This document shows positions 48,447-59,546 of a DNA stretch of 64,000 bases, one piece after another. Made by a program: the position numbers and the translations under genes. Below the pieces are notes generated by a model. That model did no database searches, was not told the origin of the DNA, and saw only the letters and a program-made list of their open reading frames with translations. The stretch covers positions 63,117-127,116 of the forward strand of contig JAXGQE010000010.1 in assembly GCA_040766585.1 (NCBI GenBank). The letters run 5' to 3'. The first letter of the stretch is position 1. Every line of letters starts with the position of its first letter. The DNA is from Candidatus Sumerlaeota bacterium. Its GTDB lineage: Bacteria > Bacillota > SLNR01.

Positions 48447-50528
48447 GTGGCTGGTTCACGATCCGCTGACAGCAAACATCGAATAGTGGTGCTTTTTTTC
48501 ATTATTCTCTTTCTGTTTGCCCTATTGGGAGTCCGGCTGGTCTGGATACAGGTTGTCCGGGGGTCTTACTATGCTGAACTGGCGGTGGGAACCCGCACCC
48601 GGGGAGTGGAAATTGAAGCTAAACGAGGAGATATTGTGGACCGAAACGGCAAAGTGCTGGCAGTCAGCATTGTGACCGATTCGGTCTATGCTATTCCGGG
48701 AGAAATTGAAGACAGCGAAACGACAGCCGCTGTATTGAGCGATATTTTGGGTGTGCCCAAAGGAGATGTACTAAAAAGCATTACCCGGCAGCAGTTTCAT
48801 GTTTATGTCAAACACAAGATTACGAAAGAACAGTCGGATAAAATCCGTGAAGCTCGTCTGACGGGCATTGGTCTTGAGCCCCGCAGCCAGCGCTTCTACC
48901 CTCTGGATAACCGGGCTTCTCATGTTCTGGGTTTTGCCGGAACAGACAACCAGGGGCTCTATGGTTTGGAAGTGGCCTATGAAGATGAACTCGTAGGAGA
49001 GAACGGCAGCATTACAGCCGAGTATGATGCCCGTCACCAGGAAATACCTGGCGGCACCCACGTTTATACGGCACCAAAAGACGGGCATACTTTGCACCTG
49101 ACCTTGGATGAAACGATTCAATACATGGTGGAACGAGAATTGCAGGATGCAGTGAAAGAACACAAAGTGAAACAAGGAACAGCGATTGTGATGGACATTC
49201 AGACCGGCGGGATTCTTGCTATGGCCAGCTATCCGGATTTCAATCCCAACACTCCCTTCGAAGTACCCGTGGAGCGTTGGAGAAATCCCGCTGTATCCGA
49301 TATGTTTGAACCGGGTTCGATCTTCAAAATCGTGACCCTTTCAGCTGCACTGGCGGAAGATGCGGTGTCCATGTCGGAAACATTCACCTGTACCGGATCT
49401 CTGACCATACCGGGTGCAACCATCGGGTGTACCCGAACTCATGGCAAGCAGACCTTGCAGGAGGGGGTCAACAACTCCTGCAACGCGGTTTTCATTACAT
49501 TGAGCCAGCGCTTGGGCATGGAAACTATGTATCAATATATCCGGGCTTTTTCCTTCGGCCAGAAAACCGGGATTGATTATCCCGGTGAAGCAACCGGACT
49601 GGTGATCGATGAATCCCGGCTGCGGCAGGTGGATTTGGCCAGGGTATCTTTTGGCCAGGCAATTTCAGTTACCCCGCTGCAGATGGTATCCGCAGCGGCT
49701 ACCATCGCCAACGGAGGGCTTTTCCAGACACCGCATTTCGTAGACCATGTGACGGACAGCAGTGGGAATCTGATTGATAATTGGAAAAACCACAGCGAAT
49801 TTCGCCAAATCATCAGCGGTGAGGATTCGGAACGTATCCGGGATATGCTGGAAAAAGTAGTCTCGGAAGGTACGGGCCGCAATGCCTATATTCCCGGATA
49901 TAAGGTTGCAGGGAAAACCGGGACTGCTCAAAAGGTTGTGGACGGCGTGTACGCAGAAGGAAAGTATGTAGCTTCTTTCCTTGGATTTGCGCCGGCTGAT
50001 AATCCGCGGTTGGCCATGATTGTGGTGATGGATGAGCCTTCAGGAAAAGTATATTACGGAGGTCAGGTGGCAGCTCCCGTATTCAAAAATGTTATTCATG
50101 AGGCGCTGCAGTACCTGGAAATCATGCCCAATACTGCAGATGGAGAAGATGCAGAAAATGCAAATCAGAATGGAATCACCGTGCCTGACCTGGCGGGGCG
50201 CACAATAGAAAGTGCTGAGGCCAAACTGACGAAAGCGGAATTGAGAGTCAGTGTTCAGGGGACCGGTTCCCAAGTGCTGCGCCAATTTCCTGAAGCTGGA
50301 GTAAAAGTATCGGTGAATAGTGCAGTCAGGATTTTCACCGGTTCTGCCGGGTCCGATCGGATTGTGGTGCCGGATATCCGTGGAATGACCATGCGCGGAT
50401 GTGCTGAAATCCTGGAAATGTATGGACTTTGCATGACCACCGGCGGTTCGGGGACAGCTGTGTCCCAGAATCCGGCTCCTGGAACGGAAGTTGACAAAAA
50501 TTCATCGGTTCATGTACAATTCCAATAA
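48447..50528 (+). CDS. class B penicillin-binding protein (FtsI/SpoVD/PBP2B type) with C-terminal PASTA domains
   Basis: 693 aa; N-terminal TM anchor, dimerisation and transpeptidase domains, two C-terminal PASTA-like repeats; GTG start behind GAGAGGAGAA. Confidence 0.9.
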   Translation: MAGSRSADSKHRIVVLFFIILFLFALLGVRLVWIQVVRGSYYAELAVGTRTRGVEIEAKRGDIVDRNGKVLAVSIVTDSVYAIPGEIEDSETTAAVLSDILGVPKGDVLKSITRQQFHVYVKHKITKEQSDKIREARLTGIGLEPRSQRFYPLDNRASHVLGFAGTDNQGLYGLEVAYEDELVGENGSITAEYDARHQEIPGGTHVYTAPKDGHTLHLTLDETIQYMVERELQDAVKEHKVKQGTAIVMDIQTGGILAMASYPDFNPNTPFEVPVERWRNPAVSDMFEPGSIFKIVTLSAALAEDAVSMSETFTCTGSLTIPGATIGCTRTHGKQTLQEGVNNSCNAVFITLSQRLGMETMYQYIRAFSFGQKTGIDYPGEATGLVIDESRLRQVDLARVSFGQAISVTPLQMVSAAATIANGGLFQTPHFVDHVTDSSGNLIDNWKNHSEFRQIISGEDSERIRDMLEKVVSEGTGRNAYIPGYKVAGKTGTAQKVVDGVYAEGKYVASFLGFAPADNPRLAMIVVMDEPSGKVYYGGQVAAPVFKNVIHEALQYLEIMPNTADGEDAENANQNGITVPDLAGRTIESAEAKLTKAELRVSVQGTGSQVLRQFPEAGVKVSVNSAVRIFTGSAGSDRIVVPDIRGMTMRGCAEILEMYGLCMTTGGSGTAVSQNPAPGTEVDKNSSVHVQFQ

Positions 50529-50548
50529 ATTAGAAAAGAGTGGGGAAA

Positions 50549-52045
50549 ATGTCGGACACGAAAACGCTGCTGGATCTGGCTGCATCCATTAATATTCTGA
50601 ATCGGGATCGTTTGCTGGACAATCCGGTTATCCATGGAATCCAATACGATTCCAGAAAGATCGAACCCGGGGATCTGTTTGTATGCATTCAAGGTGAAAA
50701 AACAGACGGGCATATGTATATTGACCAAGCAGTGGAAAAGGGGGCGGCAGCCCTCATTACTCAGCACGAAGTCGAAACCGGCATTCCTTTTGCCATTGTG
50801 GATGACTCTAGGGAAGCAGCCGGATTGCTGGCGGACGTGTTTTACGATCATCCAACCCAGAAGTTACGAGCCATTGGGGTTACAGGTACCAATGGGAAAA
50901 CAACAACGACCTATCTTCTGGAAAGCATTTTGAACAGTGCGGGACGGCCGGTGGGACTGACCGGAACCAATCGTACCCGTATTGGCGGCATGGATTATCC
51001 AGTGGAACGGACGACCCCTGAGGGGATTGATTTGCAGAAAATGGCGTACCAGATGGTACAGGCTCATGATCAATATCTGGTGATGGAGGTATCTTCACAT
51101 GCCCTGGCTCTTCATAGGGTGGCAGGATGTGAATTTGACATTGGGGTATTTACCAACCTGACAAGGGATCATCTTGATTTTCATAAAACAGAAGAAGAGT
51201 ATCTGAATGCAAAGATTAAACTCTTTACTGGACTGGGTATGTACGAGAAAAAGAATTCTTTGAAAGCAAACAAATATGCCATCATCAATGTGGATGATCC
51301 GGCAGCATCCAGAATTATTGAGAAGACGGAAGTGCCGGTAATAACCTATGGTTGCAGCGAAAAAGCTGATGTGCGGGCCGTGAACATTCGTATTCACAGC
51401 AAGGGAACCGCTTATGACTTGCTGCTGGAGGGACAGCGACATGAAATGGATATGCGCATCACGGGGTTATTCAATGTCTACAACAGCCTGGCTGCGATTG
51501 CCGCATCTCGGGCTGAAGGGCTGTCCATCGAGGCGATTGGAAAAGCTTTATCTGTATTTCCGGGAGTACCGGGGCGATTTCAACTGGTAGAGGCTGGGCA
51601 GCCGTTTGCAGTAATCGTTGACTATGCCCACACTCCGGATGGACTGGAGAATATTCTGAAAGCGGCCAGGGCGATTACCAAAGGACGGGTGATAACTGTT
51701 TTTGGATGCGGCGGTGATCGGGATCGGACCAAACGCCCGATTATGGGAGAGATTGCGGGCAGACTCAGTGATCTGGCTGTGATTACCTCGGACAATCCCC
51801 GCAGCGAAGATCCCGAAGAGATCATTACGGCGGTGGAAGCGGGCGTACGTTCGGCTACATCGCTCTACAAGAAGTTTACAGACCGCAGGGAAGCGATTCG
51901 TTATGCCATATCACAGGCACAGCCGGAAGATGCTGTGATTATCGCAGGCAAAGGACATGAGACTTACCAGATTTTAAAAGACAAGACCATTCATTTTGAT
52001 GATACGGAAGAAGCCATGAAAGCCATTGGGGGTGAGAAGCGTTGA
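50549..52045 (+). CDS. murE: UDP-N-acetylmuramoyl-L-alanyl-D-glutamate--2,6-diaminopimelate ligase
   Basis: ATP-binding GVTGTNGKTTTTYLL; DNPR motif (meso-DAP type); start taken at ATG 50549 (ORF opens at GTG 50540). Confidence 0.93.
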   Translation: MSDTKTLLDLAASINILNRDRLLDNPVIHGIQYDSRKIEPGDLFVCIQGEKTDGHMYIDQAVEKGAAALITQHEVETGIPFAIVDDSREAAGLLADVFYDHPTQKLRAIGVTGTNGKTTTTYLLESILNSAGRPVGLTGTNRTRIGGMDYPVERTTPEGIDLQKMAYQMVQAHDQYLVMEVSSHALALHRVAGCEFDIGVFTNLTRDHLDFHKTEEEYLNAKIKLFTGLGMYEKKNSLKANKYAIINVDDPAASRIIEKTEVPVITYGCSEKADVRAVNIRIHSKGTAYDLLLEGQRHEMDMRITGLFNVYNSLAAIAASRAEGLSIEAIGKALSVFPGVPGRFQLVEAGQPFAVIVDYAHTPDGLENILKAARAITKGRVITVFGCGGDRDRTKRPIMGEIAGRLSDLAVITSDNPRSEDPEEIITAVEAGVRSATSLYKKFTDRREAIRYAISQAQPEDAVIIAGKGHETYQILKDKTIHFDDTEEAMKAIGGEKR

Positions 52046-53454
52046 AACCGATGACACTGCAGGAAATGGCTCAATACACGGGAGCCGATTACTGGAAGGG
52101 CAGTATCGATACAGCGATTCGTGGAGTTGCAGTCGATTCACGTGCCGTCTTACCCGGCGATGTTTTCTTTGCTATGGTGGGAGCGGAAATGGACGGCCAT
52201 ACTTTCATTCCTCATGCTTTGAACAAGGGAGCAGCGGCTGTGGTAGTCAGCCGGCCGCCGGATGATTTGCATATACCGCCCGATGTGCCGGTGATTGTTG
52301 TTCAAAATACCCTGTATGCTCTTTGGAATCTGGCCAGAAATTACAGGCGGCTGATGGGCCCCACAGTGGTGGGGATCACAGGAAGTGTGGGCAAGACCAC
52401 CACCAAAGACATGACAGCAGCTGTTTTGGAGAAGGCCTTTTCTGTCTTGAAAAACGAAGGCAATCTGAATACAGAAGTCGGTCTGCCCATGACCATCTTG
52501 AAACTGGAAGACCACCATCGAATAGCGGTGCTGGAGATGGGTATGCGCGGAATGGGGCAAATTGCCGAATTGGCTGCAGTAGCAGAACCGACTGTGGGGA
52601 TTATCACCAACATTGGAGAAACCCATATCGAGCTGCTGGGTTCCATCGAGAACATAGCCAAAGCCAAAGGTGAGCTTCTGGAGGCACTTCCTGACGATGG
52701 TGTAGCCATTCTAAACGGAGATGACCCTTGGTGCCGACGCCTGGCTGAGAACCTGAACTGCAAAATATACTTTTTCAGTGCCCGCGGAGAAGGGGACGTG
52801 AATGCCAGCAATGTGCGCAATGACAAGGATCAGGGCTTTACTTTTACTGTCGCTGCCGAAGAGCGCCATTTTGATGTACACGTGCAGTTGCCCGGATTGC
52901 ACAATCTGGATAATGCCCTGGCTGCAGTCACTACCGGACTGGTCTTTGGGGTTGAGCCTGAAGCCATAGCCGATGGTCTGGCAGCGTTTAAACCCAGCAA
53001 AATGAGGATGGATATCATTCGGCGAAATGACTTTACAATCATCAATGATACATATAATGCCAGCCCCCGGTCCTTGGCTGCCGCCCTGGATGTACTGGTG
53101 GACATGAAAAACCAAGGACGTATGGTCGCGGTACTGGGAGATATGCTGGAGTTAGGCATTCTGGAAGAATCCGGTCATCGTGAAGTAGGGGGTAAAGTGG
53201 CTGCAGCAGGTGTGGATTTCCTGCTGACGGTTGGCAAACGGGCCGCTGTCATTGCAGCTGCAGCGGAAGAAGCGGGTATGGATCCGGAAAAAATTATGAC
53301 CTGCACGGATAATGGAGAGGCAGAACGGCTTTTACGACAGAAAATCCTCCCGGGTGATACCGTTTTGGTGAAAGGATCGCGGGGAATGAAGATGGAGGAA
53401 ATCGTCTCCGTGTTGACGAATATACCTCCTTTGGTTAACGAAGGGGGAGAATAA
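52042..53454 (+). CDS. murF: UDP-N-acetylmuramoyl-tripeptide--D-alanyl-D-alanine ligase
   Basis: ATP-binding GITGSVGKTTTKD; 470 aa; TTG 52042 overlaps the murE stop (ATG 52051 is the alternative start). Confidence 0.92.
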   Translation: MKPMTLQEMAQYTGADYWKGSIDTAIRGVAVDSRAVLPGDVFFAMVGAEMDGHTFIPHALNKGAAAVVVSRPPDDLHIPPDVPVIVVQNTLYALWNLARNYRRLMGPTVVGITGSVGKTTTKDMTAAVLEKAFSVLKNEGNLNTEVGLPMTILKLEDHHRIAVLEMGMRGMGQIAELAAVAEPTVGIITNIGETHIELLGSIENIAKAKGELLEALPDDGVAILNGDDPWCRRLAENLNCKIYFFSARGEGDVNASNVRNDKDQGFTFTVAAEERHFDVHVQLPGLHNLDNALAAVTTGLVFGVEPEAIADGLAAFKPSKMRMDIIRRNDFTIINDTYNASPRSLAAALDVLVDMKNQGRMVAVLGDMLELGILEESGHREVGGKVAAAGVDFLLTVGKRAAVIAAAAEEAGMDPEKIMTCTDNGEAERLLRQKILPGDTVLVKGSRGMKMEEIVSVLTNIPPLVNEGGE

Positions 53455-54414
53455 ATGGCCGGAGGATGGATGGCTTTGATCCTGGCCTTTGCGGGTGTAT
53501 GGATCACCGGGCCGCTGGTAATACCCTTGCTGCACAAGCTGAAGTTTGGGCAGCAGGTGCGTGATGACGGGCCCCAGAACCATCTGAAAAAGATGGGGAC
53601 TCCTACTATGGGAGGCATACTGATTATCGGGGCGGTGGTTCTGGCATCACTGCTGACAGGATCCCGTACCCTTTTTTTAACCGTAGCACTCATGGCCGTG
53701 GTCGGATTCAGCAGTATTGGCTTTGCAGATGATTATCTGAAAGTGGTGTTGAAAAGACCCTTGGGTCTGAAAGCCCGAGCAAAACTGGCTGCCCAGATAG
53801 CCGGAGGATTTCTGCTGGTCTATGCAACATCCTTCCTGCTGCAATTGGGTACCGATGTCCAGATTCCATTTGCAGAAATTTCGATGGATCTGGGCTGGCT
53901 GTATGTACCGTTTGGTCTGGTGTTGGTTTTGGGTGCTGTCAATGGGGTCAATCTGTCTGATGGCCTGGATGGACTGGCGGCAGGGACCATGATTTTCCCT
54001 CTGGCACTGCTGGGGTGGATTGGGATGGTTCAAAGCCAGCCGGATGTGGTTGTGCTCGCCTTATCCGGCGTGGGAGCCTGTGTCGGGTTTCTTGTGTACA
54101 ATATCCATCCCGCTCGGATTTTCATGGGAGATACCGGTTCTTTTGCTTTGGGGGCTCTGTTGGCCGCTTTGGTGCTGATGACAAAAACTGAGCTTCTGCT
54201 TCCCATTCTGGGTGGAGTGTATGTGATTGAATCGATTTCGGTGATTCTGCAGGTAGTGTATCTGCGCCTGACCGGCCGCCGTGTATTTAAGATGGCACCG
54301 CTGCATCACCATTATGAATTATCCGGTTGGAGCGAACAGAAGGTCGTCCAATTATTCTGGTCGCTATCAGCGCTGTGTTCGATTCTGGCCTACCTGGTGT
54401 ACCGGTTCATGTAA
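53455..54414 (+). CDS. mraY: phospho-N-acetylmuramoyl-pentapeptide transferase
   Basis: 319 aa polytopic membrane protein with MraY-typical sequence; RBS AAGGGGGAG upstream; directly after murF. Confidence 0.93.
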   Translation: MAGGWMALILAFAGVWITGPLVIPLLHKLKFGQQVRDDGPQNHLKKMGTPTMGGILIIGAVVLASLLTGSRTLFLTVALMAVVGFSSIGFADDYLKVVLKRPLGLKARAKLAAQIAGGFLLVYATSFLLQLGTDVQIPFAEISMDLGWLYVPFGLVLVLGAVNGVNLSDGLDGLAAGTMIFPLALLGWIGMVQSQPDVVVLALSGVGACVGFLVYNIHPARIFMGDTGSFALGALLAALVLMTKTELLLPILGGVYVIESISVILQVVYLRLTGRRVFKMAPLHHHYELSGWSEQKVVQLFWSLSALCSILAYLVYRFM

Positions 54415-54434
54415 TGGGCCTTGGAGGGAATACT

Positions 54435-55550
54435 ATGGCAAAGCGACCCAATCAAAGAACTATGGATATTTTTTTGGTAATTGCAGTCTTGGCTTTGCTG
54501 GGGATTGGGCTGGTTATGGTGCATAGCGCCAGCTCGGTGGCCACATTGACTGATTATGGCGATAGTTTCTTTTATCTGAAAAGACAAAGCATGTGGGCTG
54601 CTTTCGGTTTGATTGGGCTGCTCATTGCCAGTCGTATTGATTATCACCGCTGGAATGAATACGCAGTTATTCTAATGGGGATCAGCATTCTGATTTTGCT
54701 GGCTGTTCTTCATCCAAGCATAGGGGTTGTTGTAAATGGAGCTCGACGCTGGATAGAGATTGCAGGACAACGATTTCAACCATCTGAGTTTGCCAAGCTG
54801 GGCCTTATTTTCTTTACTGCATCGGGATTGGCCTACAATCAGAATCGAATTAAGCGTCTGGTTACTGCAGCACCGTATGTGGTGATTGCTGCTGCAGTGT
54901 GCGGGCTGGTGCTTCTGCAGCCGGACCTGGGTACTGCTGTAGCCATTGGGGGAACAGCATTCATTATGTGGTTTGCAGCTGGATTCCACTGGTTTCACTT
55001 AACCTTCCTGGTGGCAATAGCAGCACCGGCCACATGGAAAGCCATAATGATGGAAGAATACCGACGGGACCGGTTCATGGCGTTTTTAAATCCATGGGCG
55101 GATCCCCTTGGGGATGGGTATCACATCATTCAGTCTCTGTTGGCTTTGGGTTCAGGAGGGCTGTTTGGTTTGGGACTGGGAAACAGCCGCCAGAAACTCT
55201 TCTATCTGCCGGAGCGGCATACCGATTTTATTTTTGCCATTATCGGTGAGGAGTTGGGCCTCATAGGTGCACTTTTGGTGATTGGTTTGTTTGGAATGCT
55301 TGCCTACCGGGGATTTCGAATTGCGCTTCATGCCCCCGATACGTTTGGGCGTCTGCTGGCAGCAGGGATTACCAGCATGATTATTTTACAGGCACTGATC
55401 AATATCGGTGTGGTGACCGGATCCCTTCCGGTAACGGGAATTACGCTGCCGCTGATCAGTTCCGGAGGTTCATCTTTGATCCCAACTCTGGGATCCATAG
55501 GAATATTGCTGAATATTTCCCGCCATAGCAGTGAAAACCAGTCAGGATAA
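54435..55550 (+). CDS. ftsW: SEDS-family peptidoglycan polymerase FtsW/SpoVE
   Basis: ORF 54327-55550, start at ATG 54435 behind GGAGGGAA; about 10 TM helices, SEDS-like sequence. Confidence 0.9.
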   Translation: MAKRPNQRTMDIFLVIAVLALLGIGLVMVHSASSVATLTDYGDSFFYLKRQSMWAAFGLIGLLIASRIDYHRWNEYAVILMGISILILLAVLHPSIGVVVNGARRWIEIAGQRFQPSEFAKLGLIFFTASGLAYNQNRIKRLVTAAPYVVIAAAVCGLVLLQPDLGTAVAIGGTAFIMWFAAGFHWFHLTFLVAIAAPATWKAIMMEEYRRDRFMAFLNPWADPLGDGYHIIQSLLALGSGGLFGLGLGNSRQKLFYLPERHTDFIFAIIGEELGLIGALLVIGLFGMLAYRGFRIALHAPDTFGRLLAAGITSMIILQALINIGVVTGSLPVTGITLPLISSGGSSLIPTLGSIGILLNISRHSSENQSG

Positions 55551-55552
55551 AC

Positions 55553-56716
55553 ATGAATAAGGATGTGTGCGGATTGCGGATAATGATTGCAGGGGGCGGC
55601 ACCGGAGGCCATGTATACCCGGGAATTTCAGTTGCCAATGAATTCCGAGATCAGAATATGGATCATCGGATTTTGTTCGTGGGAACCGAACGGGGGATGG
55701 AAGCCAGCTTGATCCCTAAGGCCGGATATGAACTCAAGACCATTGTTGTGAGTGGGTTTCAAAGAAGAATATCGCTGGGTATCATCAAAAGTGCTTTGGA
55801 TGCAGTACGGGGATTCTTCCAGGCTGGAACACTCATCCGACGATTCCAACCTGATATAGTCATTGGAACTGGAGGGTATGTCTGCGGTCCTGTGGTAACA
55901 GTGGCTCGGCTGCGCAAAATTCCCACCATGATTTTGGAACAGAATGTGATACCGGGTGCGACCAATCGGATCTTGGGACGATTTGTGCAGGGTGTTGCCG
56001 TCACCTACGAAGCGTCGAAGAAATATTTTCCGGCTAAGCAGGACGTTAGAGTGACAGGCAATCCCATTCGCCGGGAGATAATGGCTGCGGATCCCATCCA
56101 GGGCAGGAAATCCCTGGAGATTGGCATGGATAAGAAAGTCATCATGAGTTTTGGAGGCAGCATCGGAGCGCAAACCATCAACCAAGCTATGGTTGATTTA
56201 GCCGAGCATTATATCAGTCGATCAGACATACACATACTGATTATCACTGGAAACAATAAGCTGGATGAGACTGTCCAAGCACTGCGAGAAAAAGGGATTC
56301 CACATAATGATGCAGGAAATGTCACGGTAAAACCGTATCTATACAATATTCAGGATGCTTACGCGGCGGCGGACATCATTGTCGGTCGTGCGGGAGGGAT
56401 TTCACTATCCGAGTTAACGGCGTTGGGGAAGGCAGCCATTGTTGTTCCCTATCCTCATGCCACCAACCAGCATCAGCTTCATAATGCGGAGGTGCTAGGT
56501 ACAGCCGGAGCAGCGGTGGTGATTGATGATCAGAGCCTGGATGGTGCAAGGCTGGTGGATGAAGTCAACAAGCTGCTGCTACAACCACAGAAGTTGATAG
56601 ATATGGCCAGAAACAGTAAACTGCTGGGCCGACCCAATGCAGCAGCCGATATTGTTGAATGGGCCGGGCAGTTGGTGTATAATTCGAAGCGGAGTCATAA
56701 CAAGGAGTTGAAATGA
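55553..56716 (+). CDS. murG: UDP-N-acetylglucosamine--N-acetylmuramyl-(pentapeptide) pyrophosphoryl-undecaprenol N-acetylglucosamine transferase
   Basis: N-terminal GGGTGGHVYP motif; 387 aa; conserved dcw position. Confidence 0.9.
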   Translation: MNKDVCGLRIMIAGGGTGGHVYPGISVANEFRDQNMDHRILFVGTERGMEASLIPKAGYELKTIVVSGFQRRISLGIIKSALDAVRGFFQAGTLIRRFQPDIVIGTGGYVCGPVVTVARLRKIPTMILEQNVIPGATNRILGRFVQGVAVTYEASKKYFPAKQDVRVTGNPIRREIMAADPIQGRKSLEIGMDKKVIMSFGGSIGAQTINQAMVDLAEHYISRSDIHILIITGNNKLDETVQALREKGIPHNDAGNVTVKPYLYNIQDAYAAADIIVGRAGGISLSELTALGKAAIVVPYPHATNQHQLHNAEVLGTAGAAVVIDDQSLDGARLVDEVNKLLLQPQKLIDMARNSKLLGRPNAAADIVEWAGQLVYNSKRSHNKELK

Positions 56717-58108
56717 ATGCTGGATGGGATTCGACATGTACATTTTATTGGTGTAGGCGGTGCCGGGATGAGCGGAATCGCCAGAGTTTTGTGTGAGTTG
56801 GGGTTTGAGGTCACCGGATCGGATCTGCAGAATTCCGAAACCGTTCGTCGTTTGCAGGATCTGGGGGCAGTGATTCATATTGGCCATAAATTCGGCCAAA
56901 TCGGAGATGCCCAGATTGTTGTGGTTTCTACCGCCATACCGGCAGATAATGAGGAATTGAGAGAAGCCATGGAAAGGGATGTGGAAATCTGGCCTCGGGC
57001 CAAGATGCTGGGGGCCATTATGGGTCGTCAAAAAGGTATCGCTGTGGCAGGAGCCCATGGGAAGACCACCACAACATCCATGATCTCCATGATTTTGGAG
57101 AGAACCGGCAAAGATCCGTCTGTGGTGGTGGGTGGAGAGCTGCACGCCATTGGCGGAAATGCTAAACTGGGCTACGGGGATTATCTGGTTGCTGAGGCGG
57201 ATGAAAGCGACGGGTCTTTTCTGCACCTGGATCCGCAGATTCTGGTGGTGACCAACATCGAAGATGATCATCTGGATTACTACGGCTCTATCGATAACAT
57301 TGTCACTGCTTTTCGCGACATGATTGATAAAGTTCCGGATGACGGTTTGGCCGTACTGTGTGCAGATGATGACCGCATACGGGGGATGCAAAATGAGTTT
57401 GACTGTCCGATTGCTACCTACGGACTGAATCCTGCAGCTGATTATCGGGCTGAAGAGATTCAGTGGCGGCCTTTGGGATCAACTTTTACTCTGATGCACC
57501 GGGATGAACGGGTTGGAACTGTGACACTTCATGTGCCGGGTTTGCACAATATTAAAAATGCACTGGCAGCCATTGCCGTATGCCTGCGAACCGGATTGGA
57601 ATTTGAACAGATTGCTGCTGCCATTGAACAGTTTCGGGGCGCGGGGCGTCGATTTCAGTTGGTGGGAGATGTACACGGAATTCGAATATTCGATGATTAT
57701 GCCCATCACCCATCGGAACTGAAAGCGACCCTGAGTGCGGCAAAATTGGAGCACCCAGGACGGTTGATCGCCATATTCCAGCCGCATCGGTATACCCGAA
57801 CCAAGTTTTTGCACAAAGAATTCGGAAGTGCATTTGCTGACGCGGACTATGTCATTTTAACCGATATATACAGTGCCGGAGAGACTCCGCTGGAAGGTGT
57901 TCATACAGAGTTGATCTTGAAGGAGCTGCTGAACACAGGTCATGACCATGTCGAATACATTGCAGAGATGAAGCAGATTGCTAGTAAATTGGTGAAAGAT
58001 CTGAGACCCGATGATCTGGTCCTGACTATGGGGGCCGGGAATATATGGCAAGTGGGTCCCGAACTGGTGGCAAAACTCAAGCAGGCAGCTGATGAATGTA
58101 TCAATTGA
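56717..58108 (+). CDS. murC: UDP-N-acetylmuramate--L-alanine ligase
   Basis: N-terminal HFIGVGGAGMSGIARVL and GAHGKTTTTSMI ATP-binding loop; RBS AAGGAG 9 nt upstream. Confidence 0.93.
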   Translation: MLDGIRHVHFIGVGGAGMSGIARVLCELGFEVTGSDLQNSETVRRLQDLGAVIHIGHKFGQIGDAQIVVVSTAIPADNEELREAMERDVEIWPRAKMLGAIMGRQKGIAVAGAHGKTTTTSMISMILERTGKDPSVVVGGELHAIGGNAKLGYGDYLVAEADESDGSFLHLDPQILVVTNIEDDHLDYYGSIDNIVTAFRDMIDKVPDDGLAVLCADDDRIRGMQNEFDCPIATYGLNPAADYRAEEIQWRPLGSTFTLMHRDERVGTVTLHVPGLHNIKNALAAIAVCLRTGLEFEQIAAAIEQFRGAGRRFQLVGDVHGIRIFDDYAHHPSELKATLSAAKLEHPGRLIAIFQPHRYTRTKFLHKEFGSAFADADYVILTDIYSAGETPLEGVHTELILKELLNTGHDHVEYIAEMKQIASKLVKDLRPDDLVLTMGAGNIWQVGPELVAKLKQAADECIN

Positions 58109-58194
58109 TCGGTTGCTCCGAATCCACAGTCACGGGCTGATGCAGTGGATTGATGCTGCGGGTTGCTCTGGATATGATATACTGAGTTGAGGTG

Positions 58195-58980
58195 ATGAAG
58201 GTGGATAAACCAAAAAAACGGCTGTCCCCGCGGCCGCCGGTTTTGCGGGATCCGCCGCGTGTCATCAAGAGCAAATGGAGGTTTTTCATCACCCTGATTT
58301 TGATTTTTGCTGCAGCTGGAAGCATTTATTGGTTTTTTCGCTCGGAATATTTTGCAGTAACGGAGATTGAGGTCCGGGGGCAAGAGCGTCTTTTAGGAGA
58401 GAGTATCGTGGACAGCACCGGTCTGGGCCTCGGGGTCAATATATGGCAGATCGACATTCTGCGAGTGGAGGAACATCTTCTGAACAATCCACGGATTCGA
58501 TCGGTGTATGTGCAGAAATATCTGCCCAACAAAATTGTCATCCAGGTTGATGAATACGGTCCCCTGGCCCTGATTCCCACAGAAAGCGGATTTGCCGAGA
58601 TCGATGAGAATTCCACTGTGATGTCCTTTACAGATACGATTGCTCAGATTGATCTGCCGATTGTTACCGGAATTACTTTGACAGAGCCGGTGTCGGGACT
58701 GAAAGCGGAGGGACTCTATTTAGATGAAGTACTAGAGTGCGTCATCGTCGCCCAGGAGCTGGACCATTTGGGACTGGTGGAATTCAATGTGGATGAGAAC
58801 GGCGGCATCACCCTGGTTACATTGGAAGGGATTCGTATTTTATTAGGGAGTTCTGATGAGGGATTTCAAAAGGCTTTTGATGTACTTCGGCCGATTCTGG
58901 TTGATATTCGTGAGACCCGGGCATCGGTTGCATACATTGATATGCGAGCACCGGACAAGCCGGTTGTTAAGCTGAAGTAG
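58195..58980 (+). CDS. ftsQ: cell division protein FtsQ/DivIB (POTRA domain)
   Basis: ORF 58192-58980; N-terminal TM helix, POTRA-like region (FAVTEIEVRGQERL), FtsQ-type length and position after murC. Confidence 0.8.
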   Translation: MKVDKPKKRLSPRPPVLRDPPRVIKSKWRFFITLILIFAAAGSIYWFFRSEYFAVTEIEVRGQERLLGESIVDSTGLGLGVNIWQIDILRVEEHLLNNPRIRSVYVQKYLPNKIVIQVDEYGPLALIPTESGFAEIDENSTVMSFTDTIAQIDLPIVTGITLTEPVSGLKAEGLYLDEVLECVIVAQELDHLGLVEFNVDENGGITLVTLEGIRILLGSSDEGFQKAFDVLRPILVDIRETRASVAYIDMRAPDKPVVKLK

Positions 58981-59012
58981 CGGGGTAAACGAAAGAACGT
59001 GGAGGGATTGGT

Positions 59013-59390
59013 ATGTGGCTTCCGATATTGGGTCTTTTAGCGGGAATATTTATTGGGTTGAATTTTCCCATCTTGCTGGCTCCCTTTTATGCCCGTTATC
59101 TTTCTGTGGCCATTTTAGCTGCTTTGGATTCTGTGTTCGGCGGTGTGAAAGCCGGACTGGAAGGTGTTTTTGACAACAGTGTATTTTTGACCGGTTTTTT
59201 TGGCAATATGCTCCTGGCTGCGGTTCTCACCTATATCGGAGACCGGTTGGGTGTGGAACTGTATATGGCTGCGCTGTTTGCATTTGGTGTCCGATTGTTT
59301 CAGAATCTGGGGATTATCCGAAGAATTATTCTGGGTCACTATATGCAGAATCTGGCAGCCAGGAAGCGAGCCAAAGAAGGGCAGGTTTAG
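59013..59390 (+). CDS. small basic membrane protein (Sbp-like)
   Basis: 125 aa, hydrophobic, between ftsQ and ftsA as sbp is in Bacillus; RBS GGAGGGA 7 nt upstream. Confidence 0.6.
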   Translation: MWLPILGLLAGIFIGLNFPILLAPFYARYLSVAILAALDSVFGGVKAGLEGVFDNSVFLTGFFGNMLLAAVLTYIGDRLGVELYMAALFAFGVRLFQNLGIIRRIILGHYMQNLAARKRAKEGQV

Positions 59391-59546
59391 TCCTCGAAGA
59401 GACAGCCTTGATGGAGGATTCATACCGAGGAATCCAATTGCCCCTGTACGATATGGAATTGAACTAGTGCTACCTGGAGGATCGTGGATGATCCTTTGAT
59501 ATTGCATTTCAATCTGCGCGGAACGCAGCGGGCAGGAGGTGCCGTG